In this document: positions 62,284 to 64,000 of the stretch, one piece after another
Layout: each line of letters begins with the position of its first letter
How positions within the stretch are numbered: position 1 is the stretch's first letter
NCBI GenBank assembly: GCA_000708835.1
Contig: DF237326.1
Span: forward strand, 27,119 to 91,118
Source: Klebsormidium nitens
Taxonomy: Eukaryota > Plantae > Klebsormidiophyceae
Direction of reading: 5' to 3'
DNA: 64,000 nucleotides
Translations under genes and position numbers: made by a program
Notes under the pieces: model-generated
Seen by the model: only the letters and a program-made list of their open reading frames with translations
What the model was told of the DNA's origin: nothing
Databases searched by the model: none

Positions 62284-63870
62284 AACCGATTATGTCATCG
62301 AGAGCATTCAGTGGGGAATTGTGATGACATTCCTTTCAAAACCTGCTGGGAACGGTGAGAATAAAAGGTATTGTCAGATCGCGCTATTTGGAGTCTAGTG
62401 AGGGGACATTCGTACTATGCAGGTAGTCACAGCAGACGGCTTTGCGTTGGCTGTGACGGTTGAGTCTGTACAAAAGTTAGCGAGGGTTCACCTGCGGCCA
62501 TTGCAAAGATCAGATAGTAGTTAGTCCCTGTATGCTATGGCACAAGCTGAGCTCGTTTATCATAGGAATTGCTTTGAGATAGACATAGCTCTTTGTAGCT
62601 TGTTTGCAGCACTGATATAATACTTTTCTAGGACAACAAAGTTTGGGCCACCTTATAGCTGTAGGACAGGGAAGGGTGTGCACAATAAACGCATTGGGAG
62701 TTGGAAGCAGGACGAAGCTGGGACGGTGATCGGTTGGCACCCGCTAAGCTCTCGTGAGAAGTCAACTTGAAGTATAACTTCAGTCTGATCAAGAGCTATG
62801 CCATGTGCCATCCGTCAACTAACCAGGGATTTTCAAGGAAGAGTATTGTTCATTGCTTCATTGGCGGCTGCACGCTGGCGACTTTGTACTAAACATGCAA
62901 TTTGCAAATGTATTATAAGCATGCTGACAATTTAAGTAGTACTTTGTAAGAAGGCCTGGCACGCGCTTGTTCTTACCGAATATAGAATGCTAGGCTCAGG
63001 CTTTGAGCTAGTTACAAATGCAACTTATATGCATATCCATGACTTTGTACATGTGCGTCATGCAAGATTCGAATCCATGCCAGGTTTTTTGCATGGGATT
63101 TACATAATTAACAACGATAGCAATTGTGCCACTGGCATCATGGCATGCATATGGCCTGCAGCGGCGCGGCTGGCTTACATACTAGCTCAATTGAAACTAC
63201 GCGCGCACATCCGATCAATCATGCAACAATAATGATCGATCGATCAATAGCTCGAACATCGATGATCAGAATTTCGAACATGTCCTAAATGATATATAGC
63301 GCGCTCTATTATGGCCGCTCACATGCAATGCCAACTCGTATCCCCGCGGACTCGACCCACATGATATTACTAGCTATAATGACCGACGGCGATCGACTGC
63401 AGGGTGTCTGGCCGTGTCTAGCTTATATTCGATATTGAAGACTTGTCCCTATCGGTACGATGAGTCCACTTGAGTGATCAGATATAGACATGACATAAGA
63501 TCCGATCGAGTCGACGGCCCAGACTGTGCCGCGGGGCGAGCATGAAGAGGGATCGGACTCAGTCGCCTCAAATATGATCGTCGGATGTGATGCAGCGTCG
63601 TTAACCGTACCCGTCACTTCTCGGAAATCGGACGGTCTATTGACTCCAGCGGTACAATATCGGACGGCTGGATGGGACTACTAACAATTCGGAATATTAA
63701 CCGTATAAATTGCCCAATCCAGATTCCTCTCAAATAAGTTTCCTTTATTTTCTTTCTTCTTTTTCTTCTCTTTCAATTCTCGCTGAGAGTGGGACGGTGG
63801 ACCCCACCTGTGATATTTCGTAAGGTAGATTTAACACATGCGCGGTCCAAAATTCGCAAAATTCCCAAAA

Positions 63871-63887
63871 TTTAGGGTTTAGGGTTT
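63871..63887 (+). repeat. Two tandem TTTAGGG units (telo-box / interstitial telomeric motif)
   Basis: tttagggtttagggttt is directly visible. Confidence 0.6.
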
Positions 63888-64000
63888 CCGTAAATTTCGC
63901 GAATGACGTCATCTTTGCGTTTTCTAGTGGAAAAGAGAGGGTTTTGAGGTATTGAGCCAATCTATGTGATTGATTTGGGTCATATTTTCCATGCGCTTTC

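Overview
Eukaryotic nuclear DNA, gene-dense and intron-rich, with GC3-rich exons and GT-AG introns of roughly 200-1000 bp. The plant-type gene set and exon layouts suggest a green plant-lineage alga, probably an early-diverging streptophyte (inference only). I spliced ten protein-coding genes by hand, checking reading phase at each junction: USO1/p115 (5' part), a GH35 beta-galactosidase, ABC1K3, a secreted amidase with a Cys-rich N-terminal module, ADPRM, organellar TrpRS, HVA22K-like, an 8-TM protein with two tandem tetraspanin-like units, MAF1 and PAT1. Non-autonomous DNA transposons (Harbinger-, hAT- and Tc1/mariner-like MITEs, one nested in another) sit in two head-to-head promoter intervals. 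There are three assembly gaps. The most striking unexplained pattern is that all six intergenic intervals that follow a gene 3' end contain a 0.4-2 kb tract saturated with short self-complementary words (TAGCTA, GCATGC, GATC, TCGA, ATAT, GGCC runs). The four head-to-head intervals look largely free of such tracts. This was judged by eye and needs a k-mer test. Most entries in the supplied ORF track are exon-shadow or chance ORFs.
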